64,000 nucleotides of DNA from the human T2T-CHM13v2.0 reference genome, Homo sapiens. Of the stretch, positions 13,251 to 26,130 are shown one piece after another. Position numbers and translations under genes: made by a program. Numbering within the stretch: the first letter of the stretch is position 1; every line of letters starts with the position of its first letter. A model generated the notes under the pieces. That model saw only the letters and a list, made by a program, of their open reading frames with translations. It searched no databases and was not told the origin of the DNA. The stretch is from the NCBI RefSeq assembly GCF_009914755.1, contig NC_060936.1. One strand, 5' to 3'.

Positions 13251-14289
13251 GTGGTTCCTGCAGAGGTTATTACTCATGGTTTCTGCTTCCATAAATCGGA
13301 TTATCTGTATTTACCTGTTGGTGTTTCCATTTGAGCAGGAGGGTAGCAACTTGCTCCCTGATCTTCACTCTTATGGAGCTAAGAAGAGTTGCTGCTTTTT
13401 GGTTTGTTCAGTTTTTTACTTGTGGTTAGAACAGAGAAGTGACTTCCAAGTTTTTAGATGCTGGGCTAGAAAGTAGATTCACCCCATCCTTTTTTAAAAA
13501 TTGCTTCTAAATTGGATCTCACCTTCTAATCATTATTTTTAATGCAAGTATATTATTCAATGTTTTCATTTTTGTCCTGGACTTTTATCACACAGTTTAT
13601 TTCAAGATAGTAATTAAAACTACACTTTTTGAATAATAAGAAAAGGTAACAGTTCTGAAATTTATCAACCTGAAAATTGTTGGTCATCATAAGGGGAAGA
13701 CTTATGGGCTTGCATTTAAAGTACATATTAATGGAGCATTGATAATCAATCTGTGCCAGTCTCACCTATTAACCAAACTATCTTGATGCAGTTCTATTTT
13801 GGGTGATATTAATTATGTAACATTCTGTTAATAGATACAGAACATTTTACAATGTGGAAATTAGAGAAACTTTTGTGGGAAAATGATATATATGCAACAA
13901 AGAGAGCTTGAGAAATATTAAGTAACAGATTTACATTTGATTTGATACAAATTAATAGAATTATCTTAAAAATTGGATGGAAAATTAAATGTGAAACACT
14001 TAAAACTCTATTTCACTTATAATAAGCAATATATATTAGCCATTATTATCTATTATAAGATCCTACCTCTCAAATATAATTTTACCTCATGAAGCCATTA
14101 ACCCATGTCAGTAAGTTAAAATTACATATGAAGTTCCCTAATATTCCATTTTTACTTCAATATAACTCATTGCTATCAAATAAAGGATTTCACAAGGAAT
14201 GTAGTATTGCAAATAAGTAAGTTATGTATTATAATACTCTTAATTAAAACAAACTATCTAATCAACATATTTGAACCACTAACTTACTA

Positions 14290-14830
14290 CTGCAGTCATT
14301 AGGAATGCATTTAGAAATACAAAACCAAATTGCAGTGGCCTATGCAAATTAGTTTTATCCCCCTCATGTAATGAGAAATGCAGAAATGGCTGCCTAAGAG
14401 CTGTTTCAAGTCTGAGTGATGCCATCAGAGACCAAGAGTCTTTCTGACTTTCTGCTTTGTCAGTTTTAGTACTGACAAATGGTTTTCACTGTGTTTATCA
14501 CCTCATGACTGCTGCACCTTTCACCATCACTTCCACCAATCATTCCAGGTAGGATGATTGGGAAAGTGCAAACGATGCAGTGCAGAGGGGCAAAGTGCTG
14601 TGCCAATTGAACGTGACCCTTCACTCATTAAATAAGGGGCCTTTTCTGAAGTCCATTTTGAGGAGCCCCCCACTGCCATCTCACTAGCCAGAACTGACTG
14701 GGTGACCATGTGACCACTCCTTAACCGTCCAGTGGTGATTCTTCCCTGAAGCTTCAGTAGACTCTGTCTTGCCTGAGCTCAAGGGCCTTTCATCTATTTC
14801 TAACAAGTTAGTAACAATAAGAGAAGGTCA
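14290..14830. mobile_element. Ancient MaLR LTR (MLT1-like)
   Basis: Degenerate MLT1-type phrases (gatgccatcagagaccaag..tctttctg; tcactagccagaactg..catgtgaccactcct). Boundaries approximate. Confidence 0.5.
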
Positions 14831-15174
<344 letters not shown>

Positions 15175-15591
15175 AGAGAAGGTCAGATAAATATTAGGTG
15201 CCTGTCATGGTGTGGAACTTGACATAATAAGCTACAAATATTAGCTTAATATACACAAATGAATTTCACCTAATAGATAAAATTAGGTAAAAAAACATTA
15301 TGTAATATAGCTTTCATCCACAAGGCTATTAAGTCAAAATAGAAAATATTTTTCTCATATATTTTCTCCTAGACAGAAAGGGAGAAAGAAAGTGTGTTTG
15401 TATGTTTGTGCAGGTGTTTTTAGGGACAGGGCCTGCTGGGCATGGGGGAGTTGCATCTTGTGTTCAGAGGTTTTCTGCACACCAATTTGGCCAAATTCAC
15501 AAGTGGTAGTAGTAGGGTGGTATATATGACAAATGAATAAAAATATTAAAAGCACATAAACAGCTACATAAACCGTAAAACATATTACTTT

Positions 15592-16095
15592 ATGCATTTG
15601 ACAAATATATTTGAGTACTTATAATTGTAGAGATGTTCTAAATGCTAAGTTTACAGCAGTAAACAAAATAGTAAAACGTTTAGAACACATAATTTTCTAG
15701 TGGAGAAAACAATAAACAAAAAAATAAATCATTAAATATGTTAGATAATAAGTGCTAAGAAAGTAACAGTGCAGGGAAGGGGGATAAAGAGGTTACAATT
15801 TTAGATAGAATGGAAAATGCAAATTAGGTGATATTTGCATATAAAGATAAAGGAGGTGAAGAAACAAGCCATGAAGATTTCTGAAGAAGGAACATCCTGA
15901 GCAAAGAAAACACTAAGTGCAAAAGCTCTAAGTTAGGAGTATATCTGGCATGTTCAAGAAAGGGCAAAGTGTTCAGCAGTGTTCAGAGATAGAAAGGGAG
16001 AAAGCAGCAGATGAGATCTTAGAGGGAAATAGGGACCAATTTTAGAAACTTACTGATCAGATAAAGGACTTTGACTTGTACACTAAGAGAAAGTA
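15592..16095 (-). mobile_element. L2 fragment
   Basis: Antisense L2 3' end (catttgacaaatatatttgagtact) followed by typical L2 text (aagtgcaaaagctctaag..tggcatgttcaagaa). Confidence 0.65.
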
Positions 16096-17079
16096 GCATT
16101 GGTTACAATTATTTTTCATAAAGCTAGAAAACAAAAACAATACAAATGTCACAAATCAATCAACAGGGCTCTACCATCTCCATGTACATTGCCACACCCC
16201 ACCTGTAGTCCCTGTTCTAATTCACATAGGTCTACAGTCTATTTTTTTATATCTAATCCCCTAGTTCTTTATATCCCATAAATATGCCATATCTAATCTT
16301 TCACTCAAATTTTCCTCATGACTATTTAACCTTCATGTTCTACCTAGATTCTTATCAAATTACCACCACTGTTCCAAATATTCAATGAATTTTTTGTTTT
16401 GTAAAGTAAAAAGATCAATATCAAGAGCATGGTATGAAAATTCCTCATTAGGTATCACTACTTAGCTTTCCAGACCTATTTCTTAATAAATCCTTTTATA
16501 ATTTCTAAAATATAGACATATGTGTCTCCTTATTTTCATAAGTCTGCCCTTTTTTTGCCTCATGCTGTTTCATAAGCCTATAATGCTCTTTCCCATTTCT
16601 TGACCTGATGAACTCCTACTTACTAAGATTTGGTCCATGATTTTGAGTTATTGTTTTTTGCAATAAGATTTAAGATGGAAGCTTGACACTTAATTCTTCT
16701 AATAAATCTAATTGCACACATTCTAAATTTTGAATAAAATCATCATAGGCTCAGAAAGATAATCTACATTTGTATTTGAAATAGGGAAAATTACGTAAAC
16801 ACATCAGAAAACAAAATTTCTTCTTTATAAAGTGTAGAATGGCTATGTGCAAAATGCCTAGGGACTATTTGCTGTTTGCTCCTCATGAAATGTCCCCTGC
16901 TCCTCCTGCAAATTCCTATCTTATCATCCATTAACATAGAAATCAAGCTCAAGTATTTTCATCCTCTGTTAGCAAATAATCTTCCTCTTCTTGCTAATAA
17001 TCTCCCTAGGTTTTGTCCTTTGTCTAATCACTAAATTCTAAATTTACTATGCTACTCTGACCAAAGAGTTGCTTGTATT

Positions 17080-17096
17080 CGGCCCTCTAGTGGATG
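17080..17096 (-). promoter_or_regulatory. Candidate CTCF site
   Basis: The minus strand reads CATCCACTAGAGGGCCG, containing the CCACYAGRGGGC core (17082-17093). Motif match only. Confidence 0.45.
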
Positions 17097-18744
17097 AGAC
17101 GTGTAATTTTTATGGTAAGGTGCAGAGACCCAGTGGGGAAGTGCGTAATCAGAGCACTTAATTATAAGACACAGGGAGCAGCTCTTGCTTAATGTATCTT
17201 TATTTCCTTCAAAAATATACTATAACTTTCTTAACAGCAAGCATCATGCTTTCATCCTTAAAAAAATTATCAATAAAGTGCTGAGCATGCACTAGATGAC
17301 TGTGCATCCATACTGATTATCTTTGAGAATTTACTGAAGTCTCAACTTAGGTTACAGTGTGGAATATTGACAGTAAAATTATATAGGATTATGCTTCATT
17401 TAACTAGTAATATGAATTAGATAAACATCTATAAAACATTAAAAAATCAACTCCAGGTGTAGTTTATAAGTACACACTCTTCCATTTCTGACAAAAAATG
17501 CACCCAAGTTAGATAAGTAAAAGAAATTTCTTCCTCAGAAGTGACTTGACGTGCCACTTGATTCAAGGATCTCAACTTAAGTCTTTAGGACTGAGTCTAT
17601 TTCCATTGCTCAGTATCAATTTCCTCTATACAGGTTACATTCTAAGACTTCTTATAGTTTCAAAATGTTTGTCAATTGTTCCAGGCTTACATATATGATC
17701 ATAGCTTCAAGTCTAGCAAAACAGAGAGCATTTTGTCCTAGTGGCTCCTCACAAGCCCCAGAATTCTGCTTCAATATAGTTGGCCAAATACTCATCATTC
17801 AACCAATCCCTGTGTCTAAGGAAGTTCCGGGCTTTCCTTGGCCAGGTTAAATCTCAAATGCAGAGATTTAGCCTGTGACAAAGACCCTCCTGAACCTTGT
17901 GATCTGAGTGTGGATGGAGGATATTTTCCTGAAGGAAATTTGAGATTTTATGCCAGAGAGGAAGAGCTGCTAGGTTGAGAGGCAAAATGGCTGCTATATA
18001 TTGAAAAAAAAAATGACATTAAGTTACTACGTTTCTATTGATTATATTTCTTCATTTCCAATTTGCTTTAATTGAGATAACTTATGTCTCATAGATTCAA
18101 ATTAAAAATATAATTGTCATTATCATCATATCAAGCTTCTTGACTTCTATGTGAAAGGCACTATATTAAAATTATGTTTGCTCATTACCCTAAGTTGAGA
18201 TGAATATAATCATTTCCTATTTTAAAGAATAAATATAAAGAACAACTAAATAAATATAAAGCATAATTATATTCACTATCACCAAGTTAAACTTTTGTTA
18301 TTATATTTTACTTTTCAAGTTAATTATAAGAAAATCTATTTAAAGCAGTTTTTCCCATTTTCCACTTCACAGAATTTTCCTTATAAATTTTGTTTACATA
18401 ACTTTTATGTTAAAATTAAAAAGCCAATCTTAAGCTTGGTGTTGTTAATTTGATATAATATTAGCTTGAAGTTCTAGCAAATGAAAATTAAATTGAAAAC
18501 TTGATTATATGATACTAATCATTTGAATACTATTTTAAGAAAAATATATGTCAAGTTGTATATTTATATTAGGAAAACAGTGTAATCACACATATTTCTC
18601 CAAAGTTCTATTATCTCACAGGTTTTTTATATAACATATTAGCTAAAGAATACTTTTTAAAAAACTAATATGAGAAAAAAGAAGTCCAAATATATCACTA
18701 ATAAAAGCATAATAGATGCAGTCATCCTCACACTGACACACACA

Positions 18745-19130
18745 CAGTCATGCACCACATGATGACATTTTGGTTAACAACGGATTGCATATATGATGGT
18801 GGTCCTATAAGATTATAATGGAACTGGTCTATATAGGAATACCACTTTTTAAAATCTTTCATGCCATATTTTTACTGTACCTTTTCTATGTTTAGATATG
18901 TTTAGATACACAAAAGCCATTGTGCTATAATTGCCTACAGTGTTCAATACAGTAACATTCTGTACAATTTTGTAGCCTAGGAGCAATAGGCTATCCGTAT
19001 AGCCTAGATGTGTAGTAGGTTATACTATCAAGGTATGTGTAAGTACACTCTATGATGTTCATACAGTGACGAAGTTGCCTAATGACACATTTCTCAGAAC
19101 ATATTTCCATTGCTAAGTGACACATAACTG
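18745..19130. mobile_element. Tigger3/MER7-type non-autonomous DNA transposon
   Basis: Ends cagtcatgcaccac.. and ..gtgacacataactg followed by TA. Internal tagcctaggagcaataggcta is typical of Tigger3. Confidence 0.85.
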
Positions 19131-19134
19131 TATT

Positions 19135-19224
19135 ATAATAAGCTGGGATTCTTAGCAATTGTATTGACCATTACAATTGTAAATGGTTGGGACTCAGTTC
19201 AATCCATCTTAAGCAAATACACAA

Positions 19225-19264
<40 letters not shown>

Positions 19265-19740
19265 ATATATACAAGATATTAGCGTACTTCACAGAATTGA
19301 AGGAAGAATTTTAAGCCTCAGGGCATCTCTGGAATATTGAAACTTGGCACTCTCAGGATAGTCTGCTGTCTGTTATCTCTGCTTTTCTCTGTATGCAGGC
19401 TTATTCTTTCTGTCTGTGTGACAGGTAAATATATTCTGGGCCTATATTCCTGCAACTCTATATCCATAGAAGAAAGAGATATTCACCATCCTCTAAACAT
19501 GCACGTGTACATAATAACTCCAACTCTAACACATACACATGTTCTAGTTAAAAAGCCAGGGAAGTGATTATTATTGTCCCTTCTTGTATTATTATGCCTA
19601 CCCCTGGACCAATGCCTTGAAGCCAGTTTATAGATTTTGAATCTCTCAACTTGGGTCACATGTCACCCCTGGGGTCAGGGGCCAGGTTAGGTTATCAGAA
19701 ATGAGGAGGAGATCTACTGGGTGAAGATGTTAAGTACCAC
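19135..19740. mobile_element. MaLR LTR (MLT1J-like) containing an (AC)n repeat
   Basis: MLT1-type phrases (ctctgcttttctctgt..ggcttattct; ttgggtcacatgtcacccctgg). Confidence 0.55.
19231..19262. repeat. (AC)16 microsatellite
   Basis: Read directly from the sequence. Confidence 0.95.
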
Positions 19741-20608
19741 AATAACCAAAGAAAAAGTTTGGTTAGAATAATTTGAACAATTACTCTAATTCTTTATTTA
19801 TTTTTGCTTCCCTCTGGGTCAGAGATATAAAAACATTAGGTAAGTACATGCAAGCTCTGGAGTTAACAAGGGCAATATATGAGGGGAATGAGCATGGAGA
19901 GAGGTATATTGGAATCCTCAGAAGCCAATTAATTGGAAAAAGTTTTCAAAATTGTCAATCTATTCAAATATTTAGTTGCAATTCCAAATGACATTAAATG
20001 AGATTTTAATATTTTTATGCTTAGCAAAAGTGACCATGGGTTTATAAAGATTTAGAAAATTAGTGTAACACAACTTACTTTGTTCTATTGACAAAACCCA
20101 AACCCTGAAATTGATCCCAAAGTAATGCTTAGAAACGAAATGCTAAATGTCAGCAAATAAATAATAATTAACTTTCTACATATGTGCCATGCCATATCTA
20201 GGGAATATTTAGTAAGTCTTTAGAATATTTCTTGATGAACTCTAATTTCTAATTGAACTTGAGATAACATATTCAATCTCTTCTCTATTATCTTTATCAC
20301 ATTGTCACCTAGAGAGATAGAAAGCACAATATTAGCATTCCTGACATAGATGATTTTTGAATACTATCTTTTATTCAACAGAAGAGCATTCCTCACCCTT
20401 CCTTGTAAAATTTCTAATTTTACCAATTTGATTTAATTTTTACCTATTGAAGACAAAAACTAATGGAAGAATGTTAATGAGCCAATCTATCTCCAGAAAC
20501 ATTTAACAAAATTGTATGCATATGATTGTGTTTATTTACGCAGGAACATATATGGAAAGGAGACTCATGTCTTTTATCAGAATTTCCAAGGCATCTGTAA
20601 ACTAAAAT

Positions 20609-21151
20609 ATGCTTAAAAACCATTTAAAATTGGGGAAACACAAAGTTATTGCTTATTTGAATAGAAATATGTCAGCAGCTGCCAGTCTGGAGGCGTTCCC
20701 ACAGCTGTGCAGAACTCAGCGCAGCGCGCTGCTGTTCGCGGCTGTTGCCGCTGCTGCTCCCCGGGCTGGGGCTGTTGCCCGCTACAAATACGCCTCCAGT
20801 GTTCGCAGCTCTCATCTTGCAGTACAGCGCCTGCATGCACCCCAGCCTGAGGTCCAAGTGCAGGGACAGGAGCCACTGACTACCTCCATGCTGGCCGCAG
20901 CACACCCCCAGGAACAGAAGCAGATGCTGGGAGAACGCTTGTTCCCACTCATCCAAACAATGCATTCAAACCTGGCTGGGAAGATCACGGGAATGCTGCT
21001 GGAGATCCACAACTCTGAGCTGCTGCACATGTTAGAGTTCCCCGAGTCTCTCCATTCCAAGGTGGATGAAGCTGTAGCAGTTCTACAGGCTCATCATGCC
21101 AAGAAAGAAGCTGCCCAGAAAGTGGGCGCTGTTGCTGCTGCTACCTCTTAG
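20609..21151 (+). CDS. Hypothetical chimeric 180-aa ORF: flanking DNA, out-of-frame linker, then in-frame PABPC4 MLLE domain (expression unknown)
   Basis: Open frame in the ORF track. In-frame ATGs at 20609 and 20669 (the latter inside the TSD), both with A at -3. No promoter or expression evidence. Confidence 0.2.
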
Positions 21152-21475
21152 ACAAGGAAAAACCGATTCAAAAGCCAAATAACCCCTCATGGAGTTCAGC
21201 TCAAGGTTTGTAGACTTCCTAGCTTGTCCTGTGGACCTCAAAACCAAGAACTACAAATTGCAAATTTAATAGGTCATTTTGTATCAAAAGGTCGAATATG
21301 AAGCGCCTAGAATTTTTCAATTATACGAATATGTTCTTGGGGTTCTGCTGTGGCCCAGTGTGAACTTTTTTTTTTCTATTGTGGGTTTTGATTTGTCCCC
21401 CAAGAAATTGGTTTTATTTCATGTACCCAAGTATTACGTTTCTCAATAAAGAAAAAAAATCTCCATTAAAAAAAA
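20678..21475 (+). pseudogene. PABPC4: 5'-truncated processed pseudogene (retrocopy) of PABPC4: C-terminal linker, MLLE domain, 3'UTR and poly(A)
   Basis: Translation ..[66 protein letters not shown] matches the recalled PABPC4 C-terminus. Intronless, AATAAA at 21445-21450, A tail, exact 15-bp TSD agaaatatgtcagca (20663-20677 / 21476-21490). Confidence 0.95.
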
Positions 21476-21589
21476 AGAAATATGTCAGCAATTTTTACCC
21501 TTTGGTCCTAGTTCATTCCACTAGGGATCTGCTAAATACGTTGACTACTACTACAAAACGAACAATACTTAGAAATACATAGCTGGATC

Positions 21590-21810
21590 TTGTTACGAGC
21601 TGGACTCTGTTACATTCCATACATTACCTAATTTAATACTTGGCACCACCCTTTGAAATAGGTATTATCATGCCCATATTACAGTTGAGAATACTGCAGC
21701 TCAGAAACATGAAATACAAAAAAGTAAAATACTTTCTCAGGGTCATATAACAGCAAATGAAGAGAGCCAAAACTGGGATCAGTTTCTAGTTCTCAATCCC
21801 ATCATGTTGC
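21590..21810 (-). mobile_element. MIR
   Basis: MIR core in antisense (taggtattatcatgcccatattacagttgagaatactgcagctcagaaa). Confidence 0.6.
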
Positions 21811-22027
21811 CAGGAATAGGGTAGACACTCAATAAACATGAATTGAACTTAATTAACATGTCGGCATGAGGAGTGCTTGATAGCAAGATAAGAATAACTT
21901 CTCATTAAATTGTCCTTCAAGTAAATAAACTATAATATTCTTTGTATCCCATCCCATCTCATAAATATTATTTTTCATATTTTAAATTTTTAAAAAATAT
22001 TTATTATTTTATTTAAAGTCCTCTTAA

Positions 22028-22240
22028 TGGGAACAAGAGACACTGGAGACTGCTTGAGTGGGGGAAGGTGAGATGGGTGTGTGGGCTGGAATGCCACCTA
22101 CTGGGTATGCTCACCTACCTATGCTCACCTACCTTGGTGACGGAATCATTAATACACCAAACCTCAATAACACGCAATTTACCCATGTAACAAACCAGCA
22201 CATATACCTTCTGAACCTAAAATAAAAGTAGAAAAAAAAA
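22028..22240 (+). mobile_element. Short L1 3'-end insertion (L1PB-like)
   Basis: L1 3'UTR (caatttacccatgtaacaaacc..ctgaacctaaaataaaagt) plus A tail. Degenerate TSD aaagtcctcttaa / aaagtaatctcaa. Confidence 0.8.
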
Positions 22241-23940
22241 GTAATCTCAACATTATAATCAGTTGGAAAGAACATGTCTCCAGAATGGGGCAGAATTCCT
22301 TAAAAGTGCAAAGCTGTTGAACTATCACATCATTTCTTCTGGGCACTCTACTGCCATTAATGGTAGCATAAGGTCACATTAGCCTCTTAGATGTACATAT
22401 CACATTGTTCATTAGAGGAAACCTAATTCATCTTCATGTTGGATTCTATTAAACCACATCTTCTTCATTTATACAGATGCTGCAGGTTTTGGGACACAAT
22501 TATAGTATTTTACTTTTATTTCTATGACAAATATGAAATATTAAGTTCAATTTATTCCAATTGTAACCAATTAAAAACTTTAGGAAGCTGATTGCTACCT
22601 GATATTAGCATTCCTTCCTTTTTTAAAACAAAATGATTGAATTTACAGATTAATCCAAAGGAAATATAAATGTAACTTGAAAAGGGGGAAATTATTATCA
22701 TTATCTTATCTTTCATCTTCTTATCTCTAATGATGAAATTGATAAGTGGTTATTTAAATAACACCTTTTCGTTTGCCCTCAGAGGAGAGAGAGTGATTGT
22801 ATCTTTTTTACCTAGTAGAATTAGCCATAAAACACTTCTTCCTGCTAAGGACCTCCTCCCCTTCCAAAAAAAAAAAAAAATGTAGAAGAAGAAGAAGGGA
22901 ACACACTGTGGGAGAAAATCCTTATTACTTTAAATCAACAGGATATAGGCAGGAGGTGGCTGAGGTGAGAGAGAGCAGTAGAGGAGGACATCACCTGTGA
23001 CTATTTCCCTTTAATCCCTGCTGCACTCCCTGAGGCAGCACAGACAATTGGGAGTGATTAGACTTTGTCACATTTTAAAGCTATGTGAGAAATTAATTAA
23101 ACTGTAGAGTTGCTGGAAAGCAACTAAAACAAAATGGAAGATTATTTTCTGTGTGTCCTGAGAAAGAAATGAAGTCACATCATTTAGAAAGCTAAAGGAG
23201 TTTCTCTGAAATCTGTCCTGTGCCTTGCAGTCATACGGTTGGGCACTGAAGCATGTCTTATGAAAATCATCAGTCTGGCTTGTTATAAGTAAAAATTTAT
23301 AAAAGTCTGACTGGCAATATTCTAACCTAACTTAAATCACCAAAGTCTACTGCAGGCCATGATAGAAATAGAGATAACATCTGAATCTCTCATAGACCCA
23401 AGGGCTGTCCCAGCCTAAGACACAAGAAACACAGGTGGAAAAATAATCCATGGAATTAATTTGATAATTATACTTTAACCTGATGAATATGTGACAGCTG
23501 TCAAGAGGAAAGAGCCAAGAAGGAATAAAGTAGGGTAGGGGGACGTTGCTTATCAACTTTCGAGGTGCCTGGTTTTAAGCTTGGCTAGGGAAAATTATTA
23601 TGGTTTTTGAAATGCACCCTGAAAAGATAAGATAGGATGTTGGAGAGACACAATCTCAGGGCATAGATAGTGAGGTATTGTCAGTATTTAAAATGAGAGA
23701 TTTAAAATTCCCAAAGTTAGGGATAAATTTTATTAAACATCTCTTTAATCTTCTTAATATTGTGTCTTCTTAAGATTATCTGAAGAACTGTTTTAGAACT
23801 GATAAACGAAGAGGCATATGTTTAAGCCTTATTTTAGTTTGAAGATGAAGGTAGATCATCTTATTTAAAATTAAAATGAGAACAACTAACCACTGAGGTA
23901 GCCCTATAATATGATGTTTGTATTTGATATTAATATTTTA

Positions 23941-24229
23941 TTTATTGTATGTATATATGTATTTTTTTTTTGAGACAAAGTGTTGCTCTGTTGCCCAGAC
24001 TAGAATGTAACCTCCGCCTCCTGGGCTCAAGCCATTCTCCTGCCTCAGCCACCTGAGTAGCTGGGATTACACGTGTGCACCACTACATCCAGCTAATTTT
24101 TGTATTTTTAGTAGAGACAGTGTTTCACCATGTTGTCCAGGCTGGTCTTGAACTCCTGACCTCAGGTGATCCGCCTGCCTCATGCTCCAAAAGTGCTGGG
24201 ATTACAGGTGTGAGCCACCACACTCAGCC
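23941..24229 (-). mobile_element. AluS with a small deletion in the right arm
   Basis: Antisense Alu dimer with poly(T) at 23962-23971. Confidence 0.9.
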
Positions 24230-25186
24230 TACAATTAGTATTTTTAATTTGTGTTTTATTAAAGCTGAATATTAGAGAGGAAAATTAAATATAGAATTAC
24301 ACATGTACAAAATAGGTAGCAAGTCCACATCCGTGACCTGTTGTGATCAGTTACAAATGGTCAGTGGTCTATTTAATAAAATTGCAGCTTTTACTCCTGT
24401 GTCTTTGGTAAGTGTTAAAAAGATGTAATGGCATATATCTCCTTATTTTTAGGTGAGATATATAAAAATATTTTCTTCTGAATGAAATAAATGCAACAGA
24501 GGGAAGTTACATGGCATGCCCAAATTTGCAAATCATGGAAGAGGGAGACTTTGAATACCTAGCTTCCTTCCAGTACATAAAATATCCTCGATTTCTCCAC
24601 TTTTTTGCATATTAGAAAAGAATAACAGAGAAACAACATACTATCTAAGCCTAATTAATAATCCATAGTTGGTAGAAATTCACTATTTGATTTGCTGCCT
24701 AAAATAAAATATTTATGTTCTTTAATGACAAAGAAAATTAGTAGACAGAAATCAGGATGATCAAGAAGAAAAATATTGGGAAACTATGAGAAAGAATCCA
24801 CAACAGGAAAATTTTTACATCAATTAAGTGTTTCGATCCAACAAGAGATATTTGTACAGACAGACCAGAAGAAATTTACCTGTAAGTTTTAGCTTTTAAC
24901 ATATTTTTAAGGACTCAAGCATTAATAAGTTAATATTGAATATTAATTTCCTGTGATAGTATCCAGGTAATCATTTTCAGAATAATCATCTACTTCTTTA
25001 AATAGTAAAACATCATTAAAGTGACAATTTTTAGAGCTTCCTCTGCTGTATAAAACTGGCAATTAAAAATTTGTTTTATCCTCCAAGTTTCTCCCCATAT
25101 GCTACAGATTAAATATACATGATTTGGATTAAATATAGTAGTTGTGAAAAAAAACTCTATCTAATAAGTATATAAGAATTGTCTGA

Positions 25187-25486
25187 GGCCAGGCACGGTG
25201 GCTCATGCCTGTAATCCCAGCACTTTGGGAGGCTGAGGCAGGTGGATCACGAGGTCAGGAGATCGAGACCATCCTGGCTAACACAGTGAAACCCCATCTC
25301 TACCAAAAATACAAAAAAATTAGCCAGGTGCAGTGGCGGGCGCCTGTAGTCCCAGCTACTCGGGAGGCTGAGGCAGGAGAATGGTGTAAATCCTGGAGGC
25401 GGAGCTTGCAGCAAGCCGAGATCACACCACTGTACTTCAGCCTGGGTGACAGAGCAAGACTCCATCTCAAAAAAAAAAAAAAAAAA
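25187..25486 (+). mobile_element. AluY
   Basis: Full dimer with long A tail; TSD aagaattgtctga (25174-25186 / 25487-25499). Confidence 0.95.
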
Positions 25487-25542
25487 AAGAATTGTCTGAG
25501 ACATAATCATTAATAATAATGTTCTATTATTACATTTGTGCA

Positions 25543-25856
25543 TGTATGGAAAGGACAAAAGAATTTTTTTGCTCTATCCTCCTATATTCAACAGATGGGG
25601 CCTGCAAATTAGACTGACAAAAGACAGATTAGCAGAAGGAAGAAGACAGAGTTTATTTATGCACACAACATGCATATGCATGAGAGAACTCAGTGATGAG
25701 TAACTTGAAGAAGTGGTTTGATTTGGGAGCTTATATACCATCTTAACAAAGAGTGACAAATTTCTGGAGAAGTGGCAAGACAAAAGAAAAGGAGTTTGGG
25801 CTTCTAGGGGCAGCAAATTGTGGGAAGAGAAATATGTGAGAGAAAATAATGGAAGA
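25543..25856 (-). mobile_element. ERV1 LTR fragment (MER34-like)
   Basis: ggggcctgcaaattagactgacaaaagacagatta..agtttattta (antisense polyA region) resembles recalled MER34-group LTRs; truncated. Confidence 0.55.
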
Positions 25857-26065
25857 TGCCACAATCTAAATGTCTGTGTGTCCCCAAATGTTATAAGTTG
25901 AAATCCTAACTCCCAAGACAGTGGTATCAGCAAGTATGGCTGTTGTGGAGGCGATTAGGTCTTAAGGGTACAGCCCTTATGAATGGGGGATTAGTGACCT
26001 TAGAAAGGAGGCACAGGGGAGCTCATTTGCACCCACTGCTATATGAATACACAGTGAAAAGACAG
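25857..26065 (+). mobile_element. MaLR LTR 5' part (MST/MLT1A-like), truncated
   Basis: tgccacaatctaaatgtctgtgtgtccccaaa..gttgaaatcctaactcccaa..ccttatgaatgggggattagtg. Confidence 0.7.
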
Positions 26066-26130
26066 TGATCCTCCCACCCAGCCTCTAGAGTAGCTGGAAA
26101 CACAGACACATGCTACCATACCTGACTAAT
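26066..26130 (-). mobile_element. Alu (J-type) fragment
   Basis: tgatcctcccacccagcctctagagtagctgg..catgctaccatacctgactaatt. Confidence 0.65.

Larger units (their letters stand above)
1..13475 (-). mobile_element. Old L1M (L1MC-like) host element, fragmented and interrupted by four younger insertions
   Basis: ORF 24-317(-) is L1 ORF2 C-terminal sequence (GLTLPDIKNHYKATV..WYW). ORF 3263-3463(-) is endonuclease sequence (YAPNN..IVGDIN). The host sequence resumes across each TSD (392-406/1983-1997, ~4111/~10677, 10774/11078, 12693/13251). Segment 12170-12500 resembles 47460-47730 of the second L1MC. Confidence 0.85.

Noticed and set aside
20646-21060. Antisense ORFs over the PABPC4 retrocopy
   Set aside because: Shadows of GC-rich coding sequence.
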